A DNA stretch of 62,993 bases, the filler included, from Octopus bimaculoides (lineage: Eukaryota): the NCBI RefSeq assembly GCF_001194135.2. It is 5 parts of 4 records of this genome, joined end to end, with 100 filler letters (N's around TTAATTAATTAA, not from the genome) between each part and the next. Parts side by side here need not be neighbours in the genome. Positions count along the whole stretch, not along the records: positions 1 to 31,995 come from NC_068983.1; 4 more parts are not named here. One strand, given 5' to 3'. The position numbers and the translations under genes were made by a program. Positions 12,233-24,540 of this stretch are shown here, piece after piece. A model generated the notes under the pieces. That model was given only the letters and a program-made list of their open reading frames with translations. It was not told the origin of the DNA and did not search any database. Every line of letters starts with the position of its first letter. Position 1 is the stretch's first letter.

Positions 12233-15200
12233 TCTATTATATAAATCCTGTGTGTGTGTGTGAAAGATTATAACAACTGTATTTTTAAACTGATTTCACT
12301 GAAATTTTACACATAGATAAAAGATATCACAGTGGGTGCATCAGTGAAATTTCATGAAAGAGCATATGTGATTGCAGTAAAAATCAATATCACTCTAAAA
12401 TGAATGGTAATCAAACATGTGCATCCAGGGATTTCATTCTGTGTTTAATTAATAAGCTGACACAAAAGAGTAAGAAGAGAAATCAATTATGTTGAATAAG
12501 TAAAAATGAAATAAAATATTAACTTTAATGAATAAATGGCACTAATTGGCGATCATTCAACTCTGTGAATATTTACTCACAGCAAAATTCAATTGACAGT
12601 AGAAAACAACAAATTGATTGCTAATTGCACATGAAAATTTGGGTGACAAATATCTAAAACTTCAGCTAACAGTTTTTTTTATTTAAGACAAAAAATGAGT
12701 AGGATTTTTCGACTTTTGTGTGACTCACTTGATTTGATATGTTCATACCCATTATTTATTCTTTAATTCCATTTCCTGAAGAAGGAATATTAGTTTCAAC
12801 ATTTCAAATTACGAGTTATTTTTTTATCAGTAAACAAAACTGATTGATATTTTGGCAAATTCTTGTTATCATTTTTACGAATTTTACAGATCAAATTCAT
12901 CGGTTACATTCTAAAAAAAAGGCACTATTCAGTCAGTTCTGGTAACTTATTCATCCACAAGTTTTGCTTCTTTATCAGCCAACATTGCATAATGCCAAAC
13001 CCTATATCCCATTTGAAGTTTTCCGGTTTGCATTCAATTGCAGATTTTTGATAGGATGCCTCGAAAAAGCAAGAGTTACATTGGCAGAAAACCAAAAAAT
13101 TCTTCCATTTTGCGTTCCTTGCAGGCAAGCAAGACAGAAGAACAATGTGTGCTTCAGCGTGCTTGCAATGCTGCTTCTACTGCATTCGCCAGAGCATCAC
13201 AGACTGCTCAACAAGCAGAACTCCGGCGTGCTTGGAATTCTGCTTCTTCTGCAGTTACGAAAGCATCACAGACAGCTCAGCAAGCAGAACTCCAGTGTGC
13301 TCGCAATGCTGCCTCTACTTCAAATAACTGTGCTTTAGAGACTGTTGAACAAAGGGCCACAAGGCTTAGGGCTGATTCACAATGTAAAATACATTCTCAT
13401 GTTTTTTCGAGGGTTTCTTCCTGTTGCTTGTCTAATAAGGTCTTTCATTACAGCCCCCATGAGGACTGCACATCACATCCACATATCATCATTGGTAACA
13501 TGTCTACTGTTTGTGTCCATTATAATGCAATGAAGTGGCCAGCATAATCTACCGGTATATGCTGCTCCAATGGAATGGTTAGCTTGCCTCATTTACAAGT
13601 CGGTGCTGAACCTTTAAAGTCCCTGCTGTTCGGAGACCGTCCTGATTCTAAACACTTCAGAATATAAGAGTCTACAGTTCCACTTTCCAAATGACAAGCT
13701 TTGGTCATACACCAGTAAGAGATGGAAATTATATGCCCACCTTCGAAGTACAAGGCCAAATTTACCACCAAATTGGCCCCCTTATTCCACAAGATGGTGA
13801 TGAACACAACTTTCTCCCAGATTTACTTTATGGGGAATGGACCTGAGGAAATTGCACGAAGACCTTCAGTTGCTACAGGAACAAGACCATCACTTCTACA
13901 GCCTCTTCAATATATGATTCATACCATAAACCCCTATGTAACCATTTTCAAAGCTGCTCTTCAGGGTAGAGATGCTAACATCAATCAGTTTAACGTTGTC
14001 ATTTGAGGTGACTGCACTCCACCAGGGCAGCATCAGGGTTGCTTTAACAAACACCAAACCGACAAAGTTGCAGTGCTTATAACAAGTCTCAATGAGTGTG
14101 CTTCAAACTGTGATATTGTTCTTCAATGGCAAGACTAGCACCTTCAAAAAATAAGTGAAATTAATCCTGCATATGATGCCCTCTAATATCCATTATGGTG
14201 ATGATGGCTACTGCATTGACTTGCCAAAGTTTAATCTGGAAACGTTAATGCATCTTCAACCATGGAAAATCATCTCACAAATGGAATTTTATGCATTTTG
14301 GCTTATGTTTCGCAACAACGACATCAACGTTCTTCATAGAACACGGATGCTCCTCAATCAATACTGTGCAGATGTATTTACTAAGGTAGATATTTCTTAT
14401 TTTATGATTTCTTTCAAAAAATTTCCTTAGCCAGGTCACTAACTATTTATTCCACACATTTCTTCCCTTTCCAGATTGATACCTAATGCCTCTAATGGAT
14501 AAGACAGCATCAAAAGGAATTGCATGCAGAAGAATACGACAATCTTCGTGATGAAATGAACTGAAATGATCAGGTTATTGCTTCGAATTTTGGACGTTCT
14601 GTCATTCTCCCATACACTGGTGGGCCCTAGTACATGCATGAAAAAATGTAGGATGCTCTTACTTATGTCCACCACTGTGGCTGTCCACATTTTTTCATCA
14701 CCTTCACTTGTAATCCAAAATGGGTTGACATCCAGTCTCACTTACTTCATGGCCAAAAATCCTCCTGATAGGAATAATATCACATTGAGAGTGTTTCATC
14801 TGAAGCTAATGAAAATGATGGACATTATAAAACACAGATATATTTTTGGATCATTAAGATGCTTCATGTACACCATAGAATGGCAGAAGAGAGGACTCCC
14901 TCATGTCCATATCCTCCTCTGGCTTCAAAACAAACTCATGTCAACACTCTGTTATCAGTGCAGAACTGCCAAATCCTCAAGAAGACCCAGTCCTTTTTTG
15001 AAATCATAAAACCATCATGATCCATGGCCCACTACCCACATAAACTAATTCATGACACCCACACTAGTGATGATGGCTATCCTTTATACTGTTGCAGGGC
15101 ACCACAGGCGGGTGGACATACGGCAACAATAAAAACGGTTGGTGGTTAAGAATTGAATGTCGACAACAGATGGGTGGTACCACATAACAAGGTGCTTTGT

Positions 15201-17975
15201 AAAATGTTTATGGCTCACATTAATGTTGAATTCTGCAACGCTGTGAAATTGATTCAATACATCTGCAAGTATGTACATGAGGGAGCCAATCAAGCAGTTA
15301 TTGAGTTGGCTCAGGCTGGCGATACTGATGCTGCCACAGATTAGGTCACCTTTTTCCACTATATCTCTACTAATGAGGCATTTTGGCCATATCCAGCTTT
15401 CCAATCCATGAACATGAACCTGCAGTTATTCATCTCAGAATGGGCAATGGGTGTATTTTAATTAAGAAAATATACTTGACTGTGCAAAACAACCTTTAAG
15501 AACAACCCTGACTAGATTCTTTGAACTTTGCACTTCAGACTCTGTTGCCAAAAGACTTCTTTATGCAGAGTTGCCTATATTCTACATGTGGAATAAATCT
15601 TCCCACTGTTGGCAAAAAAGAAAGTACGGTGCATTTCAGAAAGGGTTGATTTGATGCATGAATCTGATGCCCTCTCAAGAGTGTACACAGTTCACCTGCT
15701 TAACTCAGAATGCTTTCACCTGCATCTTCTGTTGCATGTTGCCAAAGGTCCAACTTCCTTTCATGACCTTTGTACTATTAATGGCCATATTTGTTCCTCC
15801 TACAAAGAAGCTTGCCCCGAATTAGGTCTTCTTGGTGACGATGACCACTATGACCACACCCTCCAAGAAGCATCACCGTTGCAGTCCCCCATTGGTCTTC
15901 ATAAACTTTTCACCATTATGCTGGTGTACTGCAGTCTTGTGAATCCATAATCTTTCTGGGAGAAATATCGCTACAGCATGTGTTTGGACATCCTTATGCA
16001 ATCTCACTTATATATCAACAGACATGACTTTACAGTTTACACTTGCAATGTACAACTGTGGCCTCATACTCCTAGAAGATACCATTTTGGAAATGGGTGG
16101 TCATCCCTCAAACAACTAATGTGACGAATCCCCTTACAGAGAAAATGAGGCACTTTGTAACTAGCACTTACTAAGGGAGACATGCTACAACGTTGCCAGG
16201 CTTCTATCCTACATTGAAGAAAGAGAAAAACTTTTGAATCCTGCACAAGCTGTTGTCTATAATTCTATTTTGATACTGCTTGAAGACACCACTGGTGGCA
16301 TCCTCTTCCTTGATGCACCAGGTGGCACAGGAAAGACGTTTCTCCTCAACTTCCTCCTTGCCAAAGTTTTCCAAAGTGGATAGATTGCCATTGCAATGGC
16401 ATCTGCAGGAATAGCATCAACACTGCTAGACGGTGGAAAAACAGTCCATTCAACATTTAAGCTTCCCCTTAACATCAGCCATGTTGAAAATCCTATCACC
16501 AATATAAACAATTCTGATGAGGCAGTTGTCTTTCAAAAATGCAAATTGATGCCTGGGACGAGGCAACAATGTGCCACAAGAATGCACTTAATGCAGTTAA
16601 CACAACGCTACAAGACCTGTGCTCCAACTATAAACTATTCAGAGGCGTTGTTATTCTTCTTGCTGGGGACTTTCGTCAAAGCCTTCCTATTATCTCAAAA
16701 GGCACACCAGCTGATAAATTAAACACTTGCCTTAAAAATTCTCATCTTTGGTGCTCTGTCCAGTTGAGAATGTTAACCATAAACATGCATTCCATTCTCC
16801 ACCAACAAGATGATGACGGTAATGGATGTCGGTAATGGGAGCTTACTACTCAACGTAAACGGTTTGGCTGACATAAGTAGCATCGGTAAGTATGTCTCCA
16901 GCCCTGAGGAGCTATGTACAACAATTTACCCCAACCTCTCCACCAATTACATCAGTCATGAATAGATGTGTGAAAGAGCCATCTTAGCTCCAATAAATGC
17001 CGCAGTCCAAGCCCTAAACACATGTCTGCTTCGTCAACTTCCTACCCAAGAGCGATGCTATATTTTGGTTGATTCAGTTACTGATCCAACACAAGTAACG
17101 TTTTTCCCAACAGAATTTTTAAACTCACAAGAACCATTGGGATTGCCACTGTATAAACATAACCTTAAACTTGGTTGTCCTATTATACTCTTGAGGAATT
17201 TGGAGCCTCCTTGGCTTTGCAATGGCACATGTTTGGCTGTTAAGCAAATGTTGGATAACATTCTCAAAGCCACAATCATCACAGGAAAAGGCACTGGTGA
17301 GTCTGCTTTTATTCCCCAAGTTCCACTCATTCCAACTGACTGTGTTTTTTCGATGACAAGAGTCTAATTCCCCATTCGATTAAGATTTGCTATGACCATT
17401 AACAAAGCCCAGGGTCAGTCACTAAAAGTGGTTGGGCTGGACCTCAAAACACCATGCTTTTCACACGAACAGCTGTACGTGGGGTGTTCCAGAGTTGGAA
17501 ACTCAGCCAATCTCTTCTACTACACTCCTGAAAGATTGACAAAAAATGTGGTTTACAAGGCAGCCTTCCAATAGTTTTTCCATTGAGTTGAAATCCTCTT
17601 CAGGTTGGCCCTTATTGCACTTATTTACTCCTCATGATAGTTATGTTAATCTTCTAACAAATGCCCGTTGTTAAAGTCAAGCATTTTCCCATTTCAATGC
17701 ACAGCTTCCCAGATGCCTCAGATAATTTCGTATTGCAATTAAACATATTTCTTACAGATTGCTTTCATGTCCATAAAAATGTTGTGTATACTTTTTGTGC
17801 CGATTCAAGTAAATAGTGTTCCGAATGATAATTTTTCAAATTTTCACATTTTAATACCCAATATCTGCAAATAAAACATGTTCTTTTTCGAATACCACTT
17901 ATTTTTGATTTAATGTCTCAACTTAATACCCGATATCTGCAAATAAAATATGTTCCCTTTTGAATACCACTTTAT
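12233..17975 (+). mobile_element. Decayed Helitron (RepHel pseudogene) in ALDH5A1 intron 1
   Basis: A|TCTATTATATAAA 5' terminus at 12233; Rep motifs FITFTCNPKW, YTIEWQKRGLPHVHILLWL, YICKYVHEG; Pif1-like helicase motifs [45 protein letters not shown]; stop at 17574; many internal stops/frameshifts. No CTAG 3' end found, so the end coordinate is approximate. Confidence 0.95.
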
Positions 17976-18539
17976 GTCCCCATAATTTAGTGGTTTGTCA
18001 AAAGAGACCTATAGAATAAGTACCAGGCTTAAAAAATAAGCACTAGGTCAATTCATTCAACTAAAATTCTTCAAGGCAGTGGTCCAGCATAGCTGCAGTC
18101 TAATAACTAGAACAAATAAAAGAGAATATATAGTCAACAGTTTTGCCCTAAATTATTCTCCCTGTAATATAATTAGCTGAATCTCTATTAAATTCTGCTA
18201 CTTCTGGCCTTTATTGGTGAGGTCATTAGGATTAAAAACTTCTGTAGGATTTTGAAGCTTTTAACTGCCCTTATGGTTACACCCTTGTAAATTGATAAAT
18301 TGAGGACACATCCACTTTAAATTTCTTAAATATTGTATTTCTGATTAAAAATTTCACTTGTTAATAATCTGCTGATTAATCAACAAGTTACTGCTTCTTT
18401 GTCTATTTGTGGCCTGGTGTGTTGGGAGTTTTGTAACATAATTACATAATATAAGTAATTGTATTATACTTATGTCATAATAAAGATTCCTAATGAAACA
18501 ATTGTAGCAATACCCAATGACCCATTTGTCAGTTTTTAT

Positions 18540-18573
<34 letters not shown>

Positions 18574-18589
18574 TATACGTATGTTCCCT

Positions 18590-19256
18590 CTCAGAGTGAA
18601 GGGCAGATTGTATGATGCTTGTGGACAAACAGTTATACTACACAGCAGTGAAACATGAGCTGTGACTGTAGAGGACATGTGAAGGCTTGAAAGAAATGAA
18701 TCTAGTATGTTTCACTGGATGTGCAATGTCAGTGTACATGTATGACAAAGTGTAAGCATCTTAAGAGGAAAGTTGGGCATAAGAGGCATCAGATGTGGTG
18801 TGCAAGAGAGATGACTGCACTGGTATGGTCATGTGATGCATATAGATGAGGACAACTGCATAAAGAAGTGATGATTTCCAACTGTGGAGGAAGCCTGTGT
18901 GAAAGGTAGACCCAGGAAAACATGGGGCGAGGTGGTGAAATATAATCTTTGAACTTTGGGCCTCATGGAGGCAATGACTAGTGACCGAGACCGTTGGCAA
19001 TATGCCGTGTTTGAGAAAACTTGCCAGACCAAGTGAAATCATAGTTATAGCCAGTACCAGTGACCTGTAAAAGCACCTGTACTGGTGACATGTAAAAGAC
19101 ACATGCTACACTCTTGGTGTGGTTGGCATTAGGAAAGGCATCCAGCTGTAGAAATGAAGCCAAAGTCAGACTGCATTCTGGTGCAGCTCTCCAGCTTACC
19201 AGTTCCAGCCAAACTATCTAATTCTTATCATCATAGAAAGCAGATGTTAAATGATA
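18590..19256 (+). mobile_element. 5'-truncated RTE-clade LINE (ORF C-terminus + 3' UTR)
   Basis: LRVKGRLYDAC..LHSSET*AVT, *LHWYGHVMHIDED, GRPRKTWGEVVK, MTSDRDRWQYAV; then the shared 3' UTR. Confidence 0.9.
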
Positions 19257-20119
19257 ATATATATATATATATAAAATATATAAGTAAATCTCAAACACAG
19301 TATAACTGAAAACAGCAGAGAAAGATTTAGTATTTACCCTGTGCTTCCAAAGTTTGGGAAAGCATAGGGGTACTAGATTTGATCAGGAGTTTCCTAGTCC
19401 CTAGTTACACTCAACATGGAAACTCCATTTGCTCCAGCCCCTGGCATCATACTTGTATCTTCATCTAAATTTTCTTCTACAAACCAAGTTCATAAATAAC
19501 ATATCTGACTACTTCAATATATTTCTCTGATTTACTATACTGCATAGCAGCAAACTTTATGTGAGAAGGGTCACAAGTTGGGTAACCAGTTCCATTAACA
19601 TCCACTGGATGATTGTAACATCTAAGAATTTCTTAAACCCAATAGCCCATCACTTTTAGTCATTCAGCTGCTCCTTTCTTCAAGACACTCAAAAACACAA
19701 AGCAAAGTAGATTACCTTAGGGAATCTCTGTTCTGCAAGGTATGAACATATGCCTCAATTTCTTATGAATCTGTTCTCCCACTTTATTCCCAAAGCCCAC
19801 CTGTCTCCTTCCATTTTTTCTCTCATTTAAGAATGGCATTGATCTGTATGACAGTTTAAATATCACACAAGTGATGATGATTGTATGTGAAAGAAGAAAT
19901 GTCATTCTTTACTGGCTTTTCACACTGAAGTTTTATAATGCTGAAGTGAAGGGTATGAGGAAGTTGAGCAAGCTGGTGAATTATCCACTTTTAAGTACCT
20001 TAATTGGAAATTTGATGCTGTAATGGAGGTTATTGAAAGTATAAGGTATTGTGAACCTAATCATATAATGTATTATTTTATTTTGTGTTGTCAACAAATG
20101 CAGTTGTCTTTTAATGTAG

Positions 20120-20241
20120 TGACCAATCCTGCAAATGGAGATGTTATTGGAGAAGTTCCTGATTTTGGACCTGAAGACACCAACAAAGCTATTGATGCTG
20201 CTTATAAAGCATTCTACACATGGAAGAAAACAACAGCACGT
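20120..20241 (+). CDS. ALDH5A1: SSADH coding exon 2
   Basis: AG 20118-20119; G|TG gives Val; (V)TNPANGDVIGEVPDFGPEDTNKAIDAAYKAFYTWKKTTAR; GTAAGA donor at 20242, phase 0. Confidence 0.95.
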
Positions 20242-20504
20242 GTAAGACTATTTTCTCTGTACACTGATAAGGAAGTTTTACCAGTTTGTTTACTTTGAAA
20301 CATTAGCTATTGTTAGCTTTTAAGTGATATTCAAAATAGAAATTAATGTTATAATTTTTACTTAATATTGTGTACTTCTATCATGTTAGATGTAGTTTAT
20401 GGGTTCTTTTGGCAGGCTCTGTAGGCAAGATGTTGGCCTATTGGCTAAATATCTTGTCATCTTTGTTGAGGTAACTAATAGCTGGCATTCAGTCAGTTAC
20501 AATG

Positions 20505-20866
20505 ACAAGTGTTCTTGTTGATCCGGTCAATGGAACAGCCTGCTCGTGAAAATAACATGCAAATGTCTGAACATACCACAGACATGCGTACCCTTAACAT
20601 AGTTCTGAGGGAGATTCAGCATGACACTGAATCTGTGTCACAGTTTAAATAACACACAAGTGATGATTGTATGTGAAAGAAGAAATGTCAAATGACCTCC
20701 TCCTCCTCCTTTGAAATGCCACTGCTACTCATTTTTGACAGCTGAGTGGACTGGAGCAACATGAAATAGAGTGTCTTACTAAAGGACTCAACATGCAGCT
20801 AGGAATCGAACTCAGAACCTTACAATCTTGGGTCAAATACCCTAACCACTAAGCCATGTGCTTTCA
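20505..20866 (-). mobile_element. tRNA-derived SINE (second subfamily) with a ~50-nt foreign insert
   Basis: Minus-strand head GCACATGGCTTAGTGGTTAGGG..GAGTTCGATTCC; 3' part shared with 8193-8551; 20641-20690 duplicates 19852-19904. Confidence 0.8.
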
Positions 20867-21945
20867 CTGTGTTGAGGTATCTATTCTTGGCAAAATACTG
20901 ATCGTTCCACATTATACTTTACTTTTCTAGACCCTTGTTAATCTAGATAAATTTTTTTAAAAACCCTACAAAAATTATTAGTTGAGATTTATTAGTTCAT
21001 AATTTTATAAATGGTATCATGTCTGATGTATTCTCGCCACAAAATTCACAATATCCTACTCTTCTGTATCTGCCAATGTTGTATACAATGGTATCCTCCA
21101 ATGCATATTATGTTTTTGAGGTATTTTTGTGCCCACCAATACTCCGCACTGTTCTGTTTTGGTTCCGCGCATTTCAACTCCTACTGAGGTCAACTATATC
21201 TTTTGTCCTTCTAGGGGTGAATAAAATACAGTACCAGTTTAGGATGGTGAAATGGCAGAATTGTTAGAGAATTGGGTGGAATGTCTTAAAGTATTTCTTC
21301 TGGTTCTTTTCATTTTAAGTTCAAATCCCACTGTGACTTACTTGGGTTATATAATTCTCTAATATTTGGATCAATATTTTAGCCTTTCTTTTCTGTGTAC
21401 TCTTTTCAGCTTTCTGACTATACTTCCTCCATCTCCATCTTGATTCTCTCACTGCTAAGCTTTCATAATATTCATATCTTACCAACCAAAATCTGCACTA
21501 AAAGTTGTCTTAATCATTTCCCATAAAGCTATGAAATTAGCCCTCTGACTTAAAGCTGATCTGAAAAAATTCAAATTAGATATCATCTGTACAAAACCAG
21601 TATTACCTGCTTGTTTTGATCTTCATGTTCATAAGATTAATTTCTAGCTTATTCAAAAGTATTTTAAAAATCAATAATTACAGGTATAAAATTGGCATAC
21701 ATTGCATTCATAAAAATGATGCAAAAGCTTACTGTGCTATAGAAGAGGTAATTGATTGTTTTAAAAATATTTCTAAGCAACCATTGTCATATGAAAATAA
21801 ACAAGTCAGAACTTTGGTAAATAAATTCATTCTGTGAATCTGATGTTTTCTTCAATGATTTGTGCATCAACTTTATTGAAATTTTGAAGTATTACTGCCA
21901 AAGTAGTATTTTGAACTTTCTATCTCCAATTTTTTTACTGAACAG

Positions 21946-22029
21946 GAGAGGAGTAAAATTTTGAAAAAATGGTTCCAATTGATGGAAGATAACAAATCTG
22001 CTCTTGCTGAACTACTGACATTAGAACAG
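21946..22029 (+). CDS. ALDH5A1: SSADH coding exon 3 (84 nt)
   Basis: CAG acceptor; ERSKILKKWFQLMEDNKSALAELLTLEQ; GTGAGT donor. Confidence 0.96.
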
Positions 22030-22189
22030 GTGAGTTGTTTCACACTTGGACCTCCTCCTCCTCCTCCTCCTCCTCCTCCTTCCCTCCCTCTTTAGCGCAG
22101 TTGTGGACTCACTGAACAAAGGATGTTTGGCTCTGCTGATATCTGAGTAGGAGGACAAAGGTTTGGGCCTTTAGGTCTCCAATCCTCCT

Positions 22190-22560
22190 TGTCTTGCTCT
22201 ATATTTGTGAGACTTGGAAATCATCTGAACTTCTTTGTACCAGGACCCTTTGCAGGATTATGGGTTACCATTGGTCAGATTTTGTATCCAACCAGAAACT
22301 CTACTCAAAAACTGGAACAACTGTTACTTGTATGATTTGGGATCACCAGTTCAGACTGTTTGGCCATGTTGCTCGAATTTCTGAGTTAGATCCTGCTTCC
22401 TGTGTTCTATTCACTGAGAATCCGGCTAGGTTGATGGTTTGTTTTGGTTGACTACATGCCACAGGGTCATAGCAGATGAAGTATCTTGCAGAGATGGAGA
22501 CTGACCGAGACTCTACTTGATGGGTTGTCTGGTAGGAAATATACCAACAAATGGTGTATG
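22190..22560 (+). mobile_element. Fragment of a second RTE-like non-LTR element (RT C-terminal region)
   Basis: LYICETW..LCRIMGYHWSDFVSNQKLY..QFRLFGHVAR pattern. Confidence 0.75.
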
Positions 22561-22928
22561 CAGCAACACACATTCACCAGACCTGACTTTGTTCTGCCTT
22601 ATTTTCACACATGAGCAAGAATGACTGGGGGCTGTACAACAACAAAAATTACATTTACTAAGTTCCCCTTGTTTAATCCAGTCCTTAATGGGTGCGCTGT
22701 AAAAAATTTCCAATTATTCAAATAAGTTTATTTTATTAAATTTATTTAAAAAATTACTTATTAAAAAGTACTTATTAAAAAAATTATATAATCCTTCTTT
22801 TTTATCTAATACCTTTTTAAGACTGGGATGAGTGGAGCATAATTTATTAGTGACTAAATATAATTACTGTAGAAGAACAGTGTTTGCATTGATTTATTTC
22901 TTTGATATTGATTTCTTCAATCTGATAG

Positions 22929-23099
22929 GGAAAGACTTTGTCAGATGCTACTACTGAAGTGACTTATGGAGCAAGTTTCTTTGAGTGGTTTGCTGAAGAA
23001 GCAAAGCGTGTGTATGGAGATATTGCACCACCCACAGCTACTGATCGACGAATCCTTTTACTGAAAGAGCCAATTGGTGTGGCAGGACTCATTACACCT
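22929..23099 (+). CDS. ALDH5A1: SSADH coding exon 4 (171 nt)
   Basis: TAG acceptor; [57 protein letters not shown]; GTAAGT donor. [13 protein letters not shown] is SSADH-typical. Confidence 0.97.
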
Positions 23100-23479
23100 G
23101 TAAGTTTTTCTTGAACTTTATTAATATTGTTTATTTAGATGAGTGTGTAATGATTAAATTCATTTATAAATGTATATCAACTGAGTTATTTTCTTGTTCT
23201 CTTCAATTATTCTAACCCCCAAAATTCCTCTCAAATCATGGCTATAATGCTCCCCCACTACTCCTGCTCATGATCAGAGATGCACATATCATCACCGACT
23301 AAAAGACATGCTTAATTGGTTATGGGCAAGAAACTGACAAGCAAATCTGTGGTATTAAGCAAAATATTTGCTGTAGTTCATCTTTTATACCAAGACAAAA
23401 CAATGTACATGATAACACTTCCAATCAGTGAAGATCAGAAGCCATGAGAGCCACTGCCTGGTACTGCATCATATATATG

Positions 23480-23512
<33 letters not shown>

Positions 23513-23588
23513 TCTCTTTTACTCTTTTATTTGTTTCAGTCATTTGACTGCAGCCATGCTGGAGCACCACCTTTAGTTGAACAAATCG
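23513..23588 (-). mobile_element. SINE 3' tail fragment
   Basis: Reverse complement of the tail at 24470-24540; the same tail occurs at 17985-18125, 46585-46730 and 61444-61620. Confidence 0.75.
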
Positions 23589-24381
23589 ANNNNNNNNNNN
23601 NNNNNNNNNNNNNNNNNNNNNNNNNNNNNNNNNNNNNNNNNNNNNNNNNNNNNNNNNNNNNNNNNNNNNNNNNNNNNNNNNNNNNNNNNNNNNNNNNNNN
23701 NNNNNNNNNNNNNNNNNNNNNNNNNNNNNNNNNNNNNNNNNNNNNNNNNNNNNNNNNNNNNNNNNNNNNNNNNNNNNNNNNNNNNNNNNNNNNNNNNNNN
23801 NNNNNNNNNNNNNNNNNNNNNNNNNNNNNNNNNNNNNNNNNNNNNNNNNNNNNNNNNNNNNNNNNNNNNNNNNNNNNNNNNNNNNNNNNNNNNNNNNNNN
23901 NNNNNNNNNNNNNNNNNNNNNNNNNNNNNNNNNNNNNNNNNNNNNNNNNNNNNNNNNNNNNNNNNNNNNNNNNNNNNNNNNNNNNNNNNNNNNNNNNNNN
24001 NNNNNNNNNNNNNNNNNNNNNNNNNNNNNNNNNNNNNNNNNNNNNNNNNNNNNNNNNNNNNNNNNNNNNNNNNNNNNNNNNNNNNNNNNNNNNNNNNNNN
24101 NNNNNNNNNNNNNNNNNNNNNNNNNNNNNNNNNNNNNNNNNNNNNNNNNNNNNNNNNNNNNNNNNNNNNNNNNNNNNNNNNNNNNNNNNNNNNNNNNNNN
24201 NNNNNNNNNNNNNNNNNNNNNNNNNNNNNNNNNNNNNNNNNNNNNNNNNNNNNNNNNNNNNNNNNNNNNNNNNNNNNNNNNNNNNNNNNNNNNNNNNNNN
24301 NNNNNNNNNNNNNNNNNNNNNNNNNNNNNNNNNNNNNNNNNNNNNNNNNNNNNNNNNNNNNNNNNNNNNNNNNNNNNNNNN

Positions 24382-24540
24382 GGTGTGTTTATGTCCCCGT
24401 AACCTAGCGGTTCGGCAAAAGAAACCGATAAAATAAGTACTAGGCTTACAAAGAATAAGTCCTGGGGTCGATTTGCTCGACTAAAGGCGGTGCTCCAGCA
24501 TGGCCACAGTCAAATGACTGAAACAAGTAAAAGAGTAAAG
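24382..24540 (+). mobile_element. SINE 3' part
   Basis: ggtgtgtttatgtccccgtaacctagcggttcggcaaaag..ggtgctccagcatggccacagtcaaatgactgaaacaagtaaaagag, multi-copy in the window. Confidence 0.78.

Noticed and set aside
17975-18125. Helitron 3' end at CTAG sites near 18044 and 18107
   Set aside because: These lie within a SINE tail and lack the subterminal hairpin; the true 3' end was not identified.
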